A stretch of 64,000 bases of DNA, from positions 30,008,001-30,072,000 of the forward strand of contig NC_047020.1 of NCBI RefSeq assembly GCF_902652985.1, in the 5' to 3' direction. This DNA is from Pecten maximus. Lineage: Eukaryota. Numbering within the stretch: the stretch's first letter is position 1; each line of letters opens with the position of its first letter. Shown in pieces: positions 61,701 through 64,000 of the stretch. The position numbers were made by a program, and so were the translations under genes. A model generated the notes under the pieces. The model had not been told where the DNA came from. It made no database searches and worked only from the letters and a program-made list of their open reading frames with translations.

Positions 61701-64000
61701 GATGTGTCTGGTATATTAGGATGTGTCTGGTATATTAGGGTGTGTCTGGTATGTTAGGATGTGTCTGGTCTGTGGTAGGATGTGTCTGGTATGTTAGGAT
61801 GTGTCTGGTATGTTAGGATGTGTCTGGTATGTTAGGATGTGTCTGGTATGTTAGGGTGTGTCGGTATTTTAGGATGTGTCTGTATGTTAGGATGTGGTCT
61901 GGTATGTTAGGAGGTGTGTCTGGTTGTTAGGGTGTGTCTGGTATGTTAGATGTGTCTGGTATGTTAGGATGTGTCTGGTATGTTAGGTGTGTCTGGTATT
62001 GAGGGTGTGTCTGGTATGTTAGATGTGTCTGGTATGTTAGGATGTGTCTGGTATGTTAGGATGTCTGGTATGTGAGGATGTGTCTGTTATTAGGTGTGTC
62101 TGGTATGTTAGGTGTGTCTGGTATGTTAGGGTGTGTCTGGTATGTTAGGTGTGTCTGGTATGTTAGGATGTGTCTGGTATGTTAGGATGTGTCTGGTATG
62201 TTAGGATGTGTCTGGTATGTTAGGGTGTGTCTGGTATATTAGGATGTGGTGTGTCTGGTATGTTAGGATGTGTCTGGTATGTTAGGGTGTGTCTGGTATG
62301 TTAGGGTGTGTCTGGTATGTTAGGGATGTGTCGGGTATGTTAGGATGTGTCTGGTATTGTTAGGATGTGTCTGGTATGTTGAGGGTGTGTCTGGTATGTT
62401 AGGGATGTGTCTGGTATGTTAGGTGTGTCTGGTATGTTAGGGTGTGTCTGGTATATTAGGGTGTGTCTGGTATGTTAGGGTGTGTCTGGTATGTTAGGAT
62501 GTGTCTGGTATGTTAGGATGTGTCTGGTATGTTCAGGTGTGTCTGGTATGTTAGGATGTGTCTGGTATGTTAGGATGTGTCTGGTATGTTAGGGTGTGTC
62601 TGGTATGTTAGGGTGTGTCTGGTATGTTAGGATGTGTCTGGTATGTTAGGATGTGTCTGGTATGTTAGGGTGTGTCTGGTATGTTAGGATGTGTCTGGTA
62701 TGTTAGGATGTGTCTGGTATGTTAGGATGTGTCTGGTATGTTAGGATGTGTCTGGTATGTTAGGGATGTGTCTGGTATGTTAGGGATGTGTCTGGTATGT
62801 TAGGTATGTATCTGGTATGTTAGGGTGTGTCTGGTATGTTAGGGTGTGTCTGGTATGTTAGGATGTGTCTGGTATGTTAGGATGTGTCTGGTATATTAGG
62901 GTGTGTCTGGTATGTTAGGGTGTGTCTGGTATGTTAGGATGTGTCTGGTATGTTAGGGTGTGTCTGGTATGTTAGGGATGTGTCTGGTATGTTAGGATGT
63001 GTCTGGTATGTAGGATGTGTCTGGTATGTTAGGGTGTGTCTGGTATGTAGGGTGTGTCTGGTATGTTAGGGTGTGTCTGGTATGTTAGGGTGTGTCTGGT
63101 ATGTTAGGGTGTGTCTGGTATGTTAGGATGTGTCTGGTATGTTAGGGTGTGTCTGGTATGTTAGGATGTGTCTGGTATGTTAGGATGTGTCTGGTATGTT
63201 AGGATGTGTCTGGTATGTAGGATGTGTCTGGTATGTTAGGGTATGTCTGGTATGTTAGGGTGTGTCTGGTATATTAGGATGTGTCTGGTATGTTAGGGTG
63301 TGTCTGGTATGTTAGGGTGTGTCTGGTATGTTAGGGTGTGTCTGGTATGTTAGGGATGTGTCTGGTATGTTAGGGTGTGTCTGGTATGTTAGGGTGTGTC
63401 TGGTATGTTAGGGTGTGTCTGGTATGTTAGGGTGTGTCTGGTATGTAGGGTGTGTCTGGTATGTTAGGGTGTGTCTGGTATGTTAGGATGTGTCTGGTAT
63501 GTTAGGGTGTGTCTGGTATGTTAGGATGTGTCTGGTATGTTAGGGTGTGTCTGGTATGTTAGGGTGTGTCTGGTATGTTAGGGTGTGTCTGGTATGTTAG
63601 GATGTGTCTGGTATGTTAGGATGTGTCTGGTATGTTAGGGTGTGTCTGGTATGTTAGGGATGTGTCTGGTATGTTAGGATGTGTCTGGTATGTTAGGGTG
63701 TGTCTGGTATGTTAGGATGTGTCTGGTATGTTAGGATGTGTCTGGTATGTTCAGGTGTGTCTGGTATGTTAGGGTGTGTCTGGTATGTTAGGGTGTGTCT
63801 GGTATGTTAGGATGTGTCTGGTATGTTAGGGTGTGTCTGGTATGTTAGGATGTGTCTGGTATGTTAGGATGTGTCTGGTATGTTAGGATGTGTCTGGTAT
63901 GTTAGGGTGTGTTTGGTATGTTAGGATGTCTGGTATGTAGTAGGTGTGTCTGGTATGTTAGGGTGTGTCTGGTATATTAGGATGTGTCTGGTATGTTAGG
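61660..64000. repeat. 19-bp satellite gtgtctggtatgttagg(a/g)t running to the window end
   Basis: More than 110 copies; the two major variants differ as TTAGGAT / TTAGGGT. Confidence 0.97.

Noticed and set aside
61189-61719. VVECVWS / MCLVCGR repeat ORFs resembling metal-binding proteins
   Set aside because: Translations of the 21-bp minisatellite.

Overview
AT-rich, intron-containing animal genomic DNA. It is probably from a bivalve mollusc; this is inferred from the repeat families and not verified. Three protein-coding genes are supportable. (1) An intronless secreted protein on the minus strand (4723-6816), built from about 6.5 tandem 103-aa Cys-rich, atypical C-type-lectin-like (CTLD) repeats. 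(2) A neighbouring intronless paralogue (9703-11457, minus) encoding a type-I membrane receptor: the same CTLD-like module, a 14-aa-repeat mucin stalk, a TM helix and a tyrosine-motif-rich tail. (3) A complete 8-exon carbonyl reductase (CBR1-like SDR, 277 aa, plus strand, 23886-34016), assembled by hand from GT-AG junctions. Introns 2 and 3 of this gene each begin with a tandem array whose unit contains the gene's own 5' splice donor (about 13 and about 31 copies). The rest is repeat-rich: a pogo/Tigger-like MITE, a TTAA MITE, Helentron/HINE-like elements, two V-domain-like tRNA-SINEs with TSDs, LINE fragments, and a nested minisatellite > LINE > Crypton-like structure. There is also a decayed hammerhead-ribozyme motif and many mini/microsatellites, including a TTAGGG-containing array that runs off the right end. 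No database searches were possible, so family names rest on remembered motifs.
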